Virus record (IMG/VR): IMGVR_UViG_3300036770_005754
Location: 71,472 to 135,471 of that record
DNA from: a virus
Strand: one strand, 5' to 3'
Length of the DNA: 64,000 nucleotides
Position 1 is the stretch's first letter. Each line of letters begins with the position of its first letter. Shown piece by piece: positions 19,954 through 30,488 of this stretch. The notes beneath the pieces are model-generated. The model ran no database searches. It saw only the letters and a list, made by a program, of their open reading frames with translations, and was not told where the DNA came from. The position numbers were made by a program, and so were the translations under genes.

Positions 19954-22109
19954 TTTATCGGTTCGGCTTTATCGAATGGTTTATTATATGTTTTACCTCT
20001 ATCGGATGGCTCTATATTCTCTGGAAGTTCGGGGCGCTTCAATCTCTGGACAACTCTTCCACCAGGGTTTGGTCTGTTAGTAATGACCGCATTTACACGA
20101 GTCCCATTATATCTAGCATTAGTTTGGATATTACCATTGAAAATAGTGAATCTTGATCCGGCCGCTTGCATCCTTATGGACCTACCGGCACGCATGAAAA
20201 TATTCCTATCGGCTCTGAGGTTTATGTCTCCGTTAGAAATCACGTTCACGTTCCTGTTCGAGTATATTTCAATAGTACCATTTCTCTCATTATTGTAAAT
20301 TACTATTTTTCTATCCTTCTCATCGAACCACTGGTACATCTTTCTCTTTCTGCGAGCACGCCATATGCCGATTCTATGCTTCTTGGAAAACCATATACCG
20401 CGATGTTGGCAATCTACTAGTTCTACCCATGGACCGTCTCCTTTTCTACCATCTCTCGCCTCTAATCCTTGGTGTATTTCCTTCTTACCAACCCCCGATG
20501 GGTTCGCTGGATCTCTCGGCCTAGCTCCTTTGTTGGCTCTCGTTTTGAGCCTGATATATTCATTATCATGGTCTAATTTAAGATGATGAGATCGTATTTC
20601 TGGATTCTTTAACATGGTTGGCTTCATTAAGAACTCATTGTCCTTAATATGTCTCCACTTCGGCACCCATTTCTTACCAAGTGCTGCTGTCAGCATCATG
20701 TACTGGAATCTATCATTCAGTTCAATAGATTGACCAAGTGGGGTTGACCATGACGTATGGTTCGCGTCGTCTCTCTCATTGAATTCCCATTGGAAACCAC
20801 GCGGGTTTCCTTTGGCCTCTTTCTTCTTAGCAGAAGGGGTTCTCCTGCCTTTTAAAAGGGTCCCAACGCCTCTTGGTATTTCTTGACGTCTAGCATCCTT
20901 ATCGTCGCTTCCGCGGTCGTCCAAAACTAATTTGACACCGTACCTTGTGACCATTCTCATCCAACGGGCATCACGCTTGCCCCAATACTTGTCTTCACGC
21001 TCACTCTTAGAACCGGATTCTTCTAGCAATTTCCTTTTCACAAACAAATCGTCTTGTGGATGAAAACCCTTATCATAACATTGAAATAGCATCCCGCCTT
21101 TAGTTCTTATTTTTATCCAGCGAAAATCATCTATCTGTTCTCTAGATAAAAATCTAGAATCACCAAATTCTCCACCACGAGACATTGAAGGGACAGGCCC
21201 ACATTGTGCCCATCCAGTGTCTCTCATCTCTATCCTAGAACCGTATCTGGTTAACTGAATGATCTTGCGTTGATCGCCATTTTTCTGACCAACCGCTTTC
21301 GGCACATTATCATTGAGCAATCTCTGTAGATACTTCCACCTCTTGATCTCAAATTGTTCATCCTTCTTGAAGTCGCCATGAAATTCACCTAGCGGATTAT
21401 CTTCGTCTGGACAACTTTCTTTCTTCCAATGATAACCCTGATCAGACATTAAGAAAATATTGCCATATTTCGTGACACGAGCCATATACTTTCTATCAGG
21501 ATCATTTACTAATGGCGACCGTCTCTTTTGTTGGAAATTAGTATTCGCAACAGCATCAAAATCCGGCGGCGGAGGCGGATCTGCATGTTCAGACGGATAG
21601 AAACCGACAGCAGAGTGTACTTCTAAATTACCATACCTATCTTGCCACCCATGCCCCATGGGTCGACCATCTTTTGGTAAATATGGTTCGAGATAATCCT
21701 TCGGCCTATCAGCTGGTCTACCACTATCATTAACGCTCAATGGTGTTATCTGGAATACCTGAGGGTATGTGTAAAACTTCTTCCTAGTAGGATTAGCGAA
21801 GCCAGTCCATATTGGGCCATATGGGTGTTGTCTTTCGAACGTCACCCAAACCCAATCGCCTATAACTGGTGCTACGAATCTGCCTGCTCTTTTACCACCG
21901 AGATCAAAAGATGGGACTGCCCATGGACAATCATCTGGTTCTAAGTCGAAATCATGAAGATCAGGACATTTGAACCTAACTCTATACATGTTTAAAGGGT
22001 CATTGGTCTCAACGACTAGTGACCTGTAAGACCCAGGGAACCTGTCCCAAAGAGTCCTGGTCCTATGATTGAAGAATTTAGACCAAACTATATCAATGTT
22101 GTCGCTCAA
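19950..22109 (-). CDS. gp5: Baseplate central spike protein (gp5/VgrG OB-fold N-terminus)
   Basis: YRSLVVETNDPLNMYRVRFKCP...PWA...P.IGDWVWVTFE...P.W.G; C-terminal beta-repeat I.I.S..NVN.IS.GDINL.A. Confidence 0.8.
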   Translation of the reverse strand: MSDNIDIVWSKFFNHRTRTLWDRFPGSYRSLVVETNDPLNMYRVRFKCPDLHDFDLEPDDCPWAVPSFDLGGKRAGRFVAPVIGDWVWVTFERQHPYGPIWTGFANPTRKKFYTYPQVFQITPLSVNDSGRPADRPKDYLEPYLPKDGRPMGHGWQDRYGNLEVHSAVGFYPSEHADPPPPPDFDAVANTNFQQKRRSPLVNDPDRKYMARVTKYGNIFLMSDQGYHWKKESCPDEDNPLGEFHGDFKKDEQFEIKRWKYLQRLLNDNVPKAVGQKNGDQRKIIQLTRYGSRIEMRDTGWAQCGPVPSMSRGGEFGDSRFLSREQIDDFRWIKIRTKGGMLFQCYDKGFHPQDDLFVKRKLLEESGSKSEREDKYWGKRDARWMRMVTRYGVKLVLDDRGSDDKDARRQEIPRGVGTLLKGRRTPSAKKKEAKGNPRGFQWEFNERDDANHTSWSTPLGQSIELNDRFQYMMLTAALGKKWVPKWRHIKDNEFLMKPTMLKNPEIRSHHLKLDHDNEYIRLKTRANKGARPRDPANPSGVGKKEIHQGLEARDGRKGDGPWVELVDCQHRGIWFSKKHRIGIWRARRKRKMYQWFDEKDRKIVIYNNERNGTIEIYSNRNVNVISNGDINLRADRNIFMRAGRSIRMQAAGSRFTIFNGNIQTNARYNGTRVNAVITNRPNPGGRVVQRLKRPELPENIEPSDRGKTYNKPFDKAEPIK

Positions 22110-22423
22110 CCTAGTAACTCCGGCAATACGACACTCACGAGCGGATACTCAATAGAATCCCCGGCCCTCGGCCAATTCATAGTATCTGAGACGCCATTGA
22201 AAGATATTATCACCCAATCTAACAATGGCGTACCATATAACCTATTTGAAATTAAATCTGGCCGCCCCTCAGTCGCAGAGGTTACCCTAAATACTCCGAT
22301 TTTATCATCAGGTGGACGTTTGGTCAAAAAAGACGGGGGGCTCCATGTGCCGAATGTTTCGGCCCCATCCGTTATAACACGTTCTGTTTTATAAAACCTA
22401 GAGAATTGGCCTAATTCAGACAT
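22106..22423 (-). CDS. Baseplate wedge protein, gp53/LysM-like
   Basis: GRPDLIS.RLYG...LDWVI...N...P..G..I.YP. Confidence 0.8.
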   Translation of the reverse strand: MSELGQFSRFYKTERVITDGAETFGTWSPPSFLTKRPPDDKIGVFRVTSATEGRPDLISNRLYGTPLLDWVIISFNGVSDTMNWPRAGDSIEYPLVSVVLPELLG

Positions 22424-22424
22424 A

Positions 22425-23006
22425 TCAATACCACTCGAACACTTCGTTCGGCTTCAAAGGTTGTAAATCTTGCGTCTTCTCGTCAGCACCGCCTTTTGTC
22501 CACAATCTAAGATCCACTGTGATATCGGTTCTTAAAGGGAATGAGGCATCTGCACGAAAAGCTCTATCACCAATTTCAGTAACTATCGTATCGCCATGTT
22601 TCACATCAATAGAATTAATCCTAGCAGTCCACGAGTTCTGACTACCAAAAAGAATATACTTAAAATAACACACTAAATTACGTTGTCTCTCTTTCCTGTC
22701 ACGAACAGATGCAAAATAACCCCTGATATAATGCACCTCATTTGCTATGACAGTAGGAGTGAACTCACCTCCAGCTGCTATATACGTCCAACTTAATGTG
22801 ATTTCTCTTGGTCCGGAAGTCTTAAAAACAGCTATCGGTTCGGTACCCTGCTGCTCACCTTCGCCCCAAGTACCTCTACGATTATCACTCAATATTCTAG
22901 GTGGGAACTGAAATTTAACAGCATGATCTCCCTGGCCAAGCACAGGTATAATGAGAGTACAAGCTCTTCGTAAAGCTATATCGTGACCAGTATAAACTTG
23001 TGGCAT
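22425..23006 (-). CDS. Tail tube initiator-like protein
   Basis: FQFPP.I.SD....W...G.EPI..F...GPREI.L; located directly after the tape measure gene. Confidence 0.55.
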   Translation of the reverse strand: MPQVYTGHDIALRRACTLIIPVLGQGDHAVKFQFPPRILSDNRRGTWGEGEQQGTEPIAVFKTSGPREITLSWTYIAAGGEFTPTVIANEVHYIRGYFASVRDRKERQRNLVCYFKYILFGSQNSWTARINSIDVKHGDTIVTEIGDRAFRADASFPLRTDITVDLRLWTKGGADEKTQDLQPLKPNEVFEWY

Positions 23007-26000
23007 TTACTTCATCCATTGATTGAATTCAGTTGACAACCCGGTGTCCGTGGAAGTCATAGCTGGCAAATGAGTCTGCAGCAGCTCGATGACCTGTTGG
23101 ATATCATTGCCTTCACCACCAAGTAATTTTAACAGCCCTTCACTTATTCCCCTCAATAATTCAGTCTGCTCTTGCAACAATAATGTATTATCATCGACGA
23201 GGTCGGCACCACCTTCAGTCTCGGTAGTCACGACGACATCACTTATAGGCTCAGATCTTACGGTGTCGTCGACGCCAGCTGCCTTTGCATCAGCCATAGC
23301 CGGTATCGCCTTAGTAGCCACCGCAATCTCAATCCTCTGGGCAGCACCCTCGAACAGTTGCGAATACTTATCAAGCATCGCACCTATTCTGTCCATATCG
23401 GCTTGGAAATTCAGGCCTTGAGCACCAACTTGAGCAAGAGCAGCACCTAGCCTGTTCAAACTATTTGAAATCCTGTCTACCGGTCCTACGAACTTATCAG
23501 CCGCTTTCGAAAACGCATCCGCCGAACTACCGATTTCAGCAGCCAACTTATTAAGGCCTGGCATAGAATCAATACCAGCTTTCACTGCATCATCGATAGA
23601 ATCAATTGGTGCATCAGATATTGTCTTAAAAGCACTAGCCAAATCCTTCATTCCACTGCCTATCTTTTCAATATCATCAGCAGACCTCTTAAATCTTGAA
23701 AAGGCCATCTCCAACCAAGACATACCAAGAAATATGCCGAAAGCGGCTGGCAAGAGATCTTCGGCAACATCTGATAAAACCTGGACAGCAGATCTTAACG
23801 ACAAAGACGCATCAATAAGAGGATCAACAGAACCGTTTATACTTATCACAGCCGCAATTAATAATTGACCAGACTCATATAGCATCGAAGCCGAACTTAA
23901 CATATTAACAGAACCAACATACAATAAACCAGACACCTCATTATATGACATAGCGACAGATGATAATGAAGATACCATTAGCTCTAACTTAACCACAGCG
24001 CCAGAAACAGCAGCTACACCGGCAGTAAGAAATTCACCAAGAGCCGCCATATTATTACTAGATGCTTCAAGCGCATTAGAAATACTTGCCATACCAATTA
24101 CAATAGACTCACCAGCCGCGACCATATTACTACCAGCTAGTAAGAAATATCCAGACGCTTCATATAGACCACTCGCTATCGATAACAAATTCTCAGAAGA
24201 AATGGTTTTCAACGCCTCTGATAATTTAGCAGCGCTCTCACCGAGCGATTGCATCGGAGATATTAAGAAACGCAAAGAGATGCCAAGTGCAACAAGACCT
24301 ATGGACCCAAGAATACCTATTGACGCTAGTAAACCTATGCCATGTGCAAGATTTGGAAGAATACTAGCGACCTTCGAGCCATTAACGGCAAATGACTCCA
24401 TCGACTCGCCTAAAAGCCGCATGCCGTTACCGACCAAATAGACGGCACCACCCAGAATTAACAATACCGCAGAAAGAGCAAGCATGGATGGTATGGCCGG
24501 GGTCACTAGCATAGCTAGCCCTGCGAAACTTAGAACAAAATCAGAAATCGCAACTATCAATACTGGCGTAATTTCTGACAATTTCATTATCGTAGAACGC
24601 AGACCATCAATAATACCAGACAGATTCTTGACATATTCAATAGTATCGATGAACGTTCTGAGGCCACTGGCAATAGCTTCAATAGGAGCTGCCAACAATC
24701 TCAAAGAGAGACCGAGCGCAGCCAAACCAAGCATACTTGTAAACCCGACAGCCCCCAGAAGAGCGATACCATACGCTAGATCTGGTATAATAGCAGCAGC
24801 ATTTGCGCCATTAGTGGCAAAAGACTCGACAGCTTGGCCGATCATTTGGAAGCCGTAACCTGCGACAACGACAGCAGCACCAAGTGTCAGAACAGCAAGC
24901 GATAGAGCAATCATGAACGGCACTGCTGGCGCTAGTGCCACAGAGACTAAAGCGAATCCAAACATAGCTTTAACAAATGTTTCGAACAACTGACTCGTGA
25001 CAGCAGTCAGATCTGAAAATGCTCCTTTCAATTCGCCAGAAAGCCCTGAGACGCTTTTTAGCGTGTCAATCAGCTTATTCAACCCATCGACACTACTAAC
25101 CATCAATCGCAACGGAACGATCAATAGAGTAAGTGCCAAGCCTAAGGCAGTGATACCGATGGAAGCGGACAAACCAGCGGCAGCTAAAAGCAACACTCCG
25201 GCCGCCAATTCAGGCATGATACCAGCAGCAATAGCACCATAATCTGCGAAATTCTTGACTGATAAACCTACCAAGTACATGCTAGTACCGACAAGTGCCG
25301 CGGCAGCACCAAATATGACCATAACACCAGCCAAAGCCAACATCGCTGGAATCACTGGTGCTACTACCGTTGACAATGCGGCCAAAGCAGCCACGACCAG
25401 CAACATGACCACAGAAAGTGCTGATAGCATGCCGACAGCATTCCAACCGCTATCGGCAGCATAATACAGACCGAGACCCATAAAGAAGAACCCAGCACCT
25501 ACCATCATTACCGTCAAACCGAGTTTCATTAATGGTACGGTTACCGGGGCAATCGCAGCACCTAGTGCAGCAAAACCATTGCCAATACCACTCAAAATCG
25601 TTGTAATTGCTGACGCTATGTTCGTCGCTAGAGATAATACGGATCTTATAACAGCATTCATAATATCAATAGCACCACTGACAGCTCTAGAGGCCATACC
25701 AAATGTGAAAGCAAAAGATGTCAATGACGCGACAGCAATTGTGGCAGCCAGCCCTATGCCGAGAATAGCACCTGCTACATATTTTAAAGTCGAGACTAGC
25801 AAGCTGAAGCCGGGTATCCATTTCTCTAGAAATTGTATCAGCGATCCGACCCATGATATAATCTCAACCACACCCGATATTACAAAATTCAGAGCTTTTA
25901 TGAGTGGTAATATGGCGTCGGCTATCAGTTGCAATACAACACCAGATATCGCTTGCCAACTACTATATAATATATTCAGCTGTGCGGTTAGTGTATTGTT

Positions 26001-27467
26001 CGACTCTGACAACGGATCAATGCCGTTATCAATCAATTTCTGCATTGCTTTCTCAAAATCTTGGGCATTTTCAAGATTCAGGCCCATCTCCTGAGCTACT
26101 TCTTCGAGGCTCGCTGCCATTTGCATAGCTTCAACACTACCAAAGCCATAAGCTTCTGCTAGGACCTCCATTTGTATTTGCGCTTCTTGGCTTGTCATAG
26201 TGCCATTCTCGATGGCTTCGCTCATATCATCTAATTCTGACTTGATCCTTTTACCTGCTTTGGCGATTGCTATCTGCATATCTTCGACACTGTTGATCGT
26301 TTGTCCTGCGTAGCTTTCAAACATAGCGCGCTTGATAGGGTCTTCAATATTCTTGAAGAACTGCTCAGACACCTCGGCCGAGTAACCCATCGTTTTTCCT
26401 AAACCGGCTATACTCATTCTTAGTCTATCATATTTTGCGGACTGATCTTCTCCTCTAAAAATGGTCTCCAGAGAAGATGCTGACAATCCGGTCGAAGACA
26501 ATATCTTATTGACATCGCTAGTCGACAAACCGAATTTTCGCATTGCTTCAGCTATGAATCTTAATTGTTTCTCCATCATGCTAGCGTCGAATCTAATCTG
26601 TCTCATTCTGAATGCATATTGTGCCAATTGGTCTATTCCAACTCCCGTATATCTTGAAGCACCAGCTATGGATTTTGCTAACTTGTCAATCTCATCTCTC
26701 GGTGCTTTAACATTACCGAGTGCTGCATATGCTTCTATTGCTTTATCTCTCAATATTCCATATCTTGCAGCGACAAACCTAGCACTGTTTAATATCTCTT
26801 GCTGAGATCCGTATAGTCTATAGTTGGCTGTTGTGAATTTCTCAGTTTCTTCGGCGTATTTCTTCACATATGACCATATTTGTGCTGTTGTTGCCCTTAT
26901 TGCTCTGTATATTCTGTGTATTGTTAGGTTTTGCTCTCTTATTCCTCTATAACTTTTTTCTATGCCTTGGACCATGTTGCCTTCGGCTTTTACTAATCTT
27001 CCTTCTTCTCTGTGAACGTCGTTCTTTCCCTCCAATGTAGAGACCCACTGTTGCAATAATCCAAGATATTCTGTCCCTATCTTCTGCTCGTTTTCTAGTA
27101 CTTTTTGCGTTTCCTCTTGAAGCTTGTCGATCTCTTCAAAAGCTCTCAACTTTTCTTGCAAATTTTCTAGATTCTCGTCATCGTTCGCAGCATTTTCGAC
27201 CGAAGTTTTGAAAGAAGTGCTGAGTACGGCCGAAATATTCTCGCTGACAGCATTAAATTCACTTAGTATTGTAATAGACTGTTGCAATTGACTGTTGAGA
27301 GAATCCACCATGCCTGTTATAGAATCAATTGAATTCTTAGCTGCTTCAGATACACTCTCCTCTAAGTTAGTTGCTTTCGTTCCGAACTCGTCCAGAGATG
27401 CAAATGCACTTGTGGTATCCAATGACAGTTGGATAGATAATGCATAAACGTTGGGGTCTACTGCCAT
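23007..27467 (-). CDS. Tail tape measure protein
   Basis: 1486 aa, helical Ala/Gly/Leu-rich protein with long hydrophobic segments, upstream of the baseplate genes. Confidence 0.85.
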   Translation of the reverse strand: MAVDPNVYALSIQLSLDTTSAFASLDEFGTKATNLEESVSEAAKNSIDSITGMVDSLNSQLQQSITILSEFNAVSENISAVLSTSFKTSVENAANDDENLENLQEKLRAFEEIDKLQEETQKVLENEQKIGTEYLGLLQQWVSTLEGKNDVHREEGRLVKAEGNMVQGIEKSYRGIREQNLTIHRIYRAIRATTAQIWSYVKKYAEETEKFTTANYRLYGSQQEILNSARFVAARYGILRDKAIEAYAALGNVKAPRDEIDKLAKSIAGASRYTGVGIDQLAQYAFRMRQIRFDASMMEKQLRFIAEAMRKFGLSTSDVNKILSSTGLSASSLETIFRGEDQSAKYDRLRMSIAGLGKTMGYSAEVSEQFFKNIEDPIKRAMFESYAGQTINSVEDMQIAIAKAGKRIKSELDDMSEAIENGTMTSQEAQIQMEVLAEAYGFGSVEAMQMAASLEEVAQEMGLNLENAQDFEKAMQKLIDNGIDPLSESNNTLTAQLNILYSSWQAISGVVLQLIADAILPLIKALNFVISGVVEIISWVGSLIQFLEKWIPGFSLLVSTLKYVAGAILGIGLAATIAVASLTSFAFTFGMASRAVSGAIDIMNAVIRSVLSLATNIASAITTILSGIGNGFAALGAAIAPVTVPLMKLGLTVMMVGAGFFFMGLGLYYAADSGWNAVGMLSALSVVMLLVVAALAALSTVVAPVIPAMLALAGVMVIFGAAAALVGTSMYLVGLSVKNFADYGAIAAGIMPELAAGVLLLAAAGLSASIGITALGLALTLLIVPLRLMVSSVDGLNKLIDTLKSVSGLSGELKGAFSDLTAVTSQLFETFVKAMFGFALVSVALAPAVPFMIALSLAVLTLGAAVVVAGYGFQMIGQAVESFATNGANAAAIIPDLAYGIALLGAVGFTSMLGLAALGLSLRLLAAPIEAIASGLRTFIDTIEYVKNLSGIIDGLRSTIMKLSEITPVLIVAISDFVLSFAGLAMLVTPAIPSMLALSAVLLILGGAVYLVGNGMRLLGESMESFAVNGSKVASILPNLAHGIGLLASIGILGSIGLVALGISLRFLISPMQSLGESAAKLSEALKTISSENLLSIASGLYEASGYFLLAGSNMVAAGESIVIGMASISNALEASSNNMAALGEFLTAGVAAVSGAVVKLELMVSSLSSVAMSYNEVSGLLYVGSVNMLSSASMLYESGQLLIAAVISINGSVDPLIDASLSLRSAVQVLSDVAEDLLPAAFGIFLGMSWLEMAFSRFKRSADDIEKIGSGMKDLASAFKTISDAPIDSIDDAVKAGIDSMPGLNKLAAEIGSSADAFSKAADKFVGPVDRISNSLNRLGAALAQVGAQGLNFQADMDRIGAMLDKYSQLFEGAAQRIEIAVATKAIPAMADAKAAGVDDTVRSEPISDVVVTTETEGGADLVDDNTLLLQEQTELLRGISEGLLKLLGGEGNDIQQVIELLQTHLPAMTSTDTGLSTEFNQWMK

Positions 27468-27699
27468 TTTTATTCTCTGAACGGAAATTTGGACTTATCA
27501 TTTATATTCGCCCAGAAATATCTACCGAACAATATTTGGAGTATTTAGAATTACGATTTCGAGCAATGACATAGAGATACTTATTAAATGTGACTGTCAT
27601 ATCATAGATGTCACAGAGATCGAACAATATACTATAACGCTCATAAAAGCGCCGAACAACGAATATCATCTGGGGCTCTCTAAGGACGGCATAAGCTTC

Positions 27700-27939
27700 A
27701 TGGACAACGTCCAACAGCCGTCTAGTGGTATCGATATGACATGCTTGCCTACCATAATATCACAGATTAAGGAGTGGACTAACAGGTATGGCCAAATAAT
27801 AATATCTTCGAACTCTCCAAAGAAGATGCAAACATACTATAAGATATTTGCGAAATTCGGTTTTTCAATATCTGATATGACGCCGAGGTTTGATCATACC
27901 AGAAAATTTTGTAGCATATTTGCAATCGAGTCAGGGTAG
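27700..27939 (+). CDS. Hypothetical protein (frame is open from 27481; true start uncertain)
   Basis: The ATG ORF ends 2 bp before the next + gene; the same frame is stop-free back to 27481. Confidence 0.4.
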   Translation: MDNVQQPSSGIDMTCLPTIISQIKEWTNRYGQIIISSNSPKKMQTYYKIFAKFGFSISDMTPRFDHTRKFCSIFAIESG

Positions 27940-27941
27940 AA

Positions 27942-28232
27942 ATGAAAGCATATACTGAAGAATATGAAGCCATGGCTGAGGGCGTTGCCAAAAAATATCA
28001 AAACCCAGAAGGTGGTTTAAACGCTAAAGGGAGAGCCCATTTCAAAAGGACTGAGGGCGCTAACTTAAAGCCGCCGGTGAGTGCTAAAGAAGCGAAGAAA
28101 TCACCGGCTAAAGCGAAAAGAAGAAAATCATTCTGCAGCAGGATGACAGGTCAGAAAAAGATGCATAATATCGACTGTAGCAAAACACCAGAGAAAGACA
28201 TATGCAAAGCGTTGCGTAAATGGGATTGTTAG
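27942..28232 (+). CDS. Small basic phage protein (DUF6321-like)
   Basis: GGLN.KGR..F...G.NLK.PV...RRKSFC.RM.G...I.KALRKW.C, a motif recalled from T4-like aquatic phages. Confidence 0.7.
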   Translation: MKAYTEEYEAMAEGVAKKYQNPEGGLNAKGRAHFKRTEGANLKPPVSAKEAKKSPAKAKRRKSFCSRMTGQKKMHNIDCSKTPEKDICKALRKWDC

Positions 28233-28579
28233 TCATCACCGCCAGTTAACCATCTTGTTCTCTCAACATATTCATCTCCTATTATGATTCCCTCTATAAC
28301 AGCCCCCATTACCTCTAATAATGATATTGGCTCGACATTCACGAGTGTTTCGCCGCGTTTTTTAGCACGGTGAACAGCATTCATCAACGTTTTACCTATG
28401 ACTATACCCTCATAAGTTTCGCTATACCCTGTATCAAGCTGATCTCTGAGAATGTAGTCATCTTTTCGATCCACAAGCTGATTGATATTCATTTTGTAGA
28501 TCTTTTCGATTTCGTTATGTAATTGTTCGTAGTCGATCCATTCATATATCCGCGAGTCGTAGTATCTTTCGAATGCCAT
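28229..28579 (-). CDS. Hypothetical protein
   Basis: 116 aa ORF with SD AAGGA. Confidence 0.65.
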   Translation of the reverse strand: MAFERYYDSRIYEWIDYEQLHNEIEKIYKMNINQLVDRKDDYILRDQLDTGYSETYEGIVIGKTLMNAVHRAKKRGETLVNVEPISLLEVMGAVIEGIIIGDEYVERTRWLTGGDD

Positions 28580-28600
28580 CGTTTATCCTTTGTAGTGCGG

Positions 28601-28879
28601 TTAATTAATCTTGTGTTTACTCAATACGGAGTAATTGGCGTGATTTATTTCTCTATAAGAATTGTTATATGCGAATGGGCAATGCGTTTTTAACCACCTA
28701 ATGTTTCCCTCCAAAGATATAGCAGATGATTCTTTCATTCTTGATCTTATCATCTCTATCTCTTCCTTTGGAGTCCCAGTCGTCAATATACAACACAATT
28801 TGCCATTCCTATCCCCAAGTGGATAGATAAGCTTGTATGTTGGCTGCTTTCCCTTGTACAGAATATACCACAATTCCAT
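28601..28879 (-). CDS. Hypothetical protein
   Basis: Start moved to MELWY to avoid overlap with the divergent gene. Confidence 0.55.
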   Translation of the reverse strand: MELWYILYKGKQPTYKLIYPLGDRNGKLCCILTTGTPKEEIEMIRSRMKESSAISLEGNIRWLKTHCPFAYNNSYREINHANYSVLSKHKIN

Positions 28880-28896
28880 ATAATCACCGGTGAAAA

Positions 28897-30210
28897 ATGT
28901 CAGTACCAAAAGCGTTAGCGAAACCACAAGTCAAGCTTATATTTGAAATGCCAGCACCTGGCTTGGAGGAGATCGATGTCGGTGTGTTCATGAGGAAATT
29001 TGAGTTTAAAGGAATGGTTAATGGTGGGTATATCATAAAAGGCAAGTTATTCGATGCTCATTTTAACATGCTGAACAGGCTAGTCGATAGTGGTTATTTT
29101 AAATTGACAAGAACGAAACCTGTAAAAGTAAGATTTAAAATAATGTGGGGACCAGAGCCCGAATCGCCATACCCTGAAAAAGCCACGAAGGAACAAGTAG
29201 CCTATCTCCTGTCTATGAAAGCCGTCGGTGAGACATCTGGTGACCAGGCATTAATAGAATTCATAGCAATGGACCCTCCATCATGGTTGTTAAACATGGG
29301 AGATGGTAGTGGTAAAGTTTACAATGGTAGTGTCAGCACTGCCATTAAGAAAGTAGTTGAGGAGTACGCGCCTGGCATCTTACTAGACATAAGTAAGACT
29401 GTAGATTCACCAAGAGGCAAATGGTGGATGATGCGGCAAGATCCGAAAACATTCATATCATCACTGTTCGACTGGTCGTCATCGGTTACAAGGAAGAAAA
29501 CTCAATGGGTGTTTGAACCAGACGGAAATAATTTAGTAATAAAGGAGCAAGGAGAACTAATATCAACCCAAAGAGCATTCTATAGGTTCCTAGACGGAGA
29601 GTCACATGACACAATACGAAATTGGGAATTCTTAGCCGATAATGCTCTATCAGTTGTGCAAACCAAACTGATTACGCAAGGAATTAGTGCGATATCTGGG
29701 CAATATCTTGATAGAATAACAGACAAGAAAGAACAAGTCGTGTTCGTGAAGGATAGCAGAACACCGAATAAGCAAATAGCCAGAATTAAAGATGATGAGG
29801 GTTTTACAAAGCCACCAGAGACTAAGCCACAACAAGTTGGGTGGTCATCAATAGCCACAATACCAGAAGTATATTCAGCAGGCGAGATTGGCATACCATA
29901 TGACCAATACATCGACGGTAGACCTAGAGCGATGTGGTTAAACCTTGTTAACGCATTGATGAGAGTTAAGCTAGAGTGCGTCGGTCACGGAGAATGGTCT
30001 AGTTGTAAAGGCCTAGGTGTCGATACAGCATTCATAGCGTGGACAAGTGGGAGAAAAGGTGGGTTTGACAAACCATATTGGTGGATGACAGGTAATTGGA
30101 TAGTATACGGATTTCATCACAGAGTGGATAGGGGGTTCTGGTATACCGATCTGTACTTGGCTAGGTTTGATCACGATTCGATAGCTAAAAAGGTTGGAGG
30201 TGGTGGTTAG
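28897..30210 (+). CDS. Putative baseplate hub protein (gp27/late control D-like)
   Basis: 437 aa beta-rich ORF; Y.GSVS..I..V and C-terminal G.W.V....H......YT.L.L.R are typical of hub proteins. Confidence 0.45.
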   Translation: MSVPKALAKPQVKLIFEMPAPGLEEIDVGVFMRKFEFKGMVNGGYIIKGKLFDAHFNMLNRLVDSGYFKLTRTKPVKVRFKIMWGPEPESPYPEKATKEQVAYLLSMKAVGETSGDQALIEFIAMDPPSWLLNMGDGSGKVYNGSVSTAIKKVVEEYAPGILLDISKTVDSPRGKWWMMRQDPKTFISSLFDWSSSVTRKKTQWVFEPDGNNLVIKEQGELISTQRAFYRFLDGESHDTIRNWEFLADNALSVVQTKLITQGISAISGQYLDRITDKKEQVVFVKDSRTPNKQIARIKDDEGFTKPPETKPQQVGWSSIATIPEVYSAGEIGIPYDQYIDGRPRAMWLNLVNALMRVKLECVGHGEWSSCKGLGVDTAFIAWTSGRKGGFDKPYWWMTGNWIVYGFHHRVDRGFWYTDLYLARFDHDSIAKKVGGGG

Positions 30211-30479
30211 CTCTTCCAATCTTCATAATCATCGTCATCGTCATCGTCATATTGAGCGTCGTCATATTGAGTGTTATCTGGCCCGTAAAAGCCATCGATT
30301 TTATCTTCCCAAGCGAATATCAATTTATCACCTTCGACTTTTGCACCTTGCACAAACGTTAGTGTTGGTTGCATAGAACCGACGATCACCATCACCATAC
30401 AACCGACGTTTGGTATCTCCATCGCTAGAGTAGTTATCGAAGAGTCATTGATATTCTGGTTGCTGATTAGCTGCCACAT
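30207..30479 (-). CDS. Hypothetical protein with acidic C-terminus
   Basis: T.AMEIP.VGC.V motif and an Asp-rich tail. Confidence 0.6.
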   Translation of the reverse strand: MWQLISNQNINDSSITTLAMEIPNVGCMVMVIVGSMQPTLTFVQGAKVEGDKLIFAWEDKIDGFYGPDNTQYDDAQYDDDDDDDYEDWKS

Positions 30480-30488
30480 CGAAAATTC

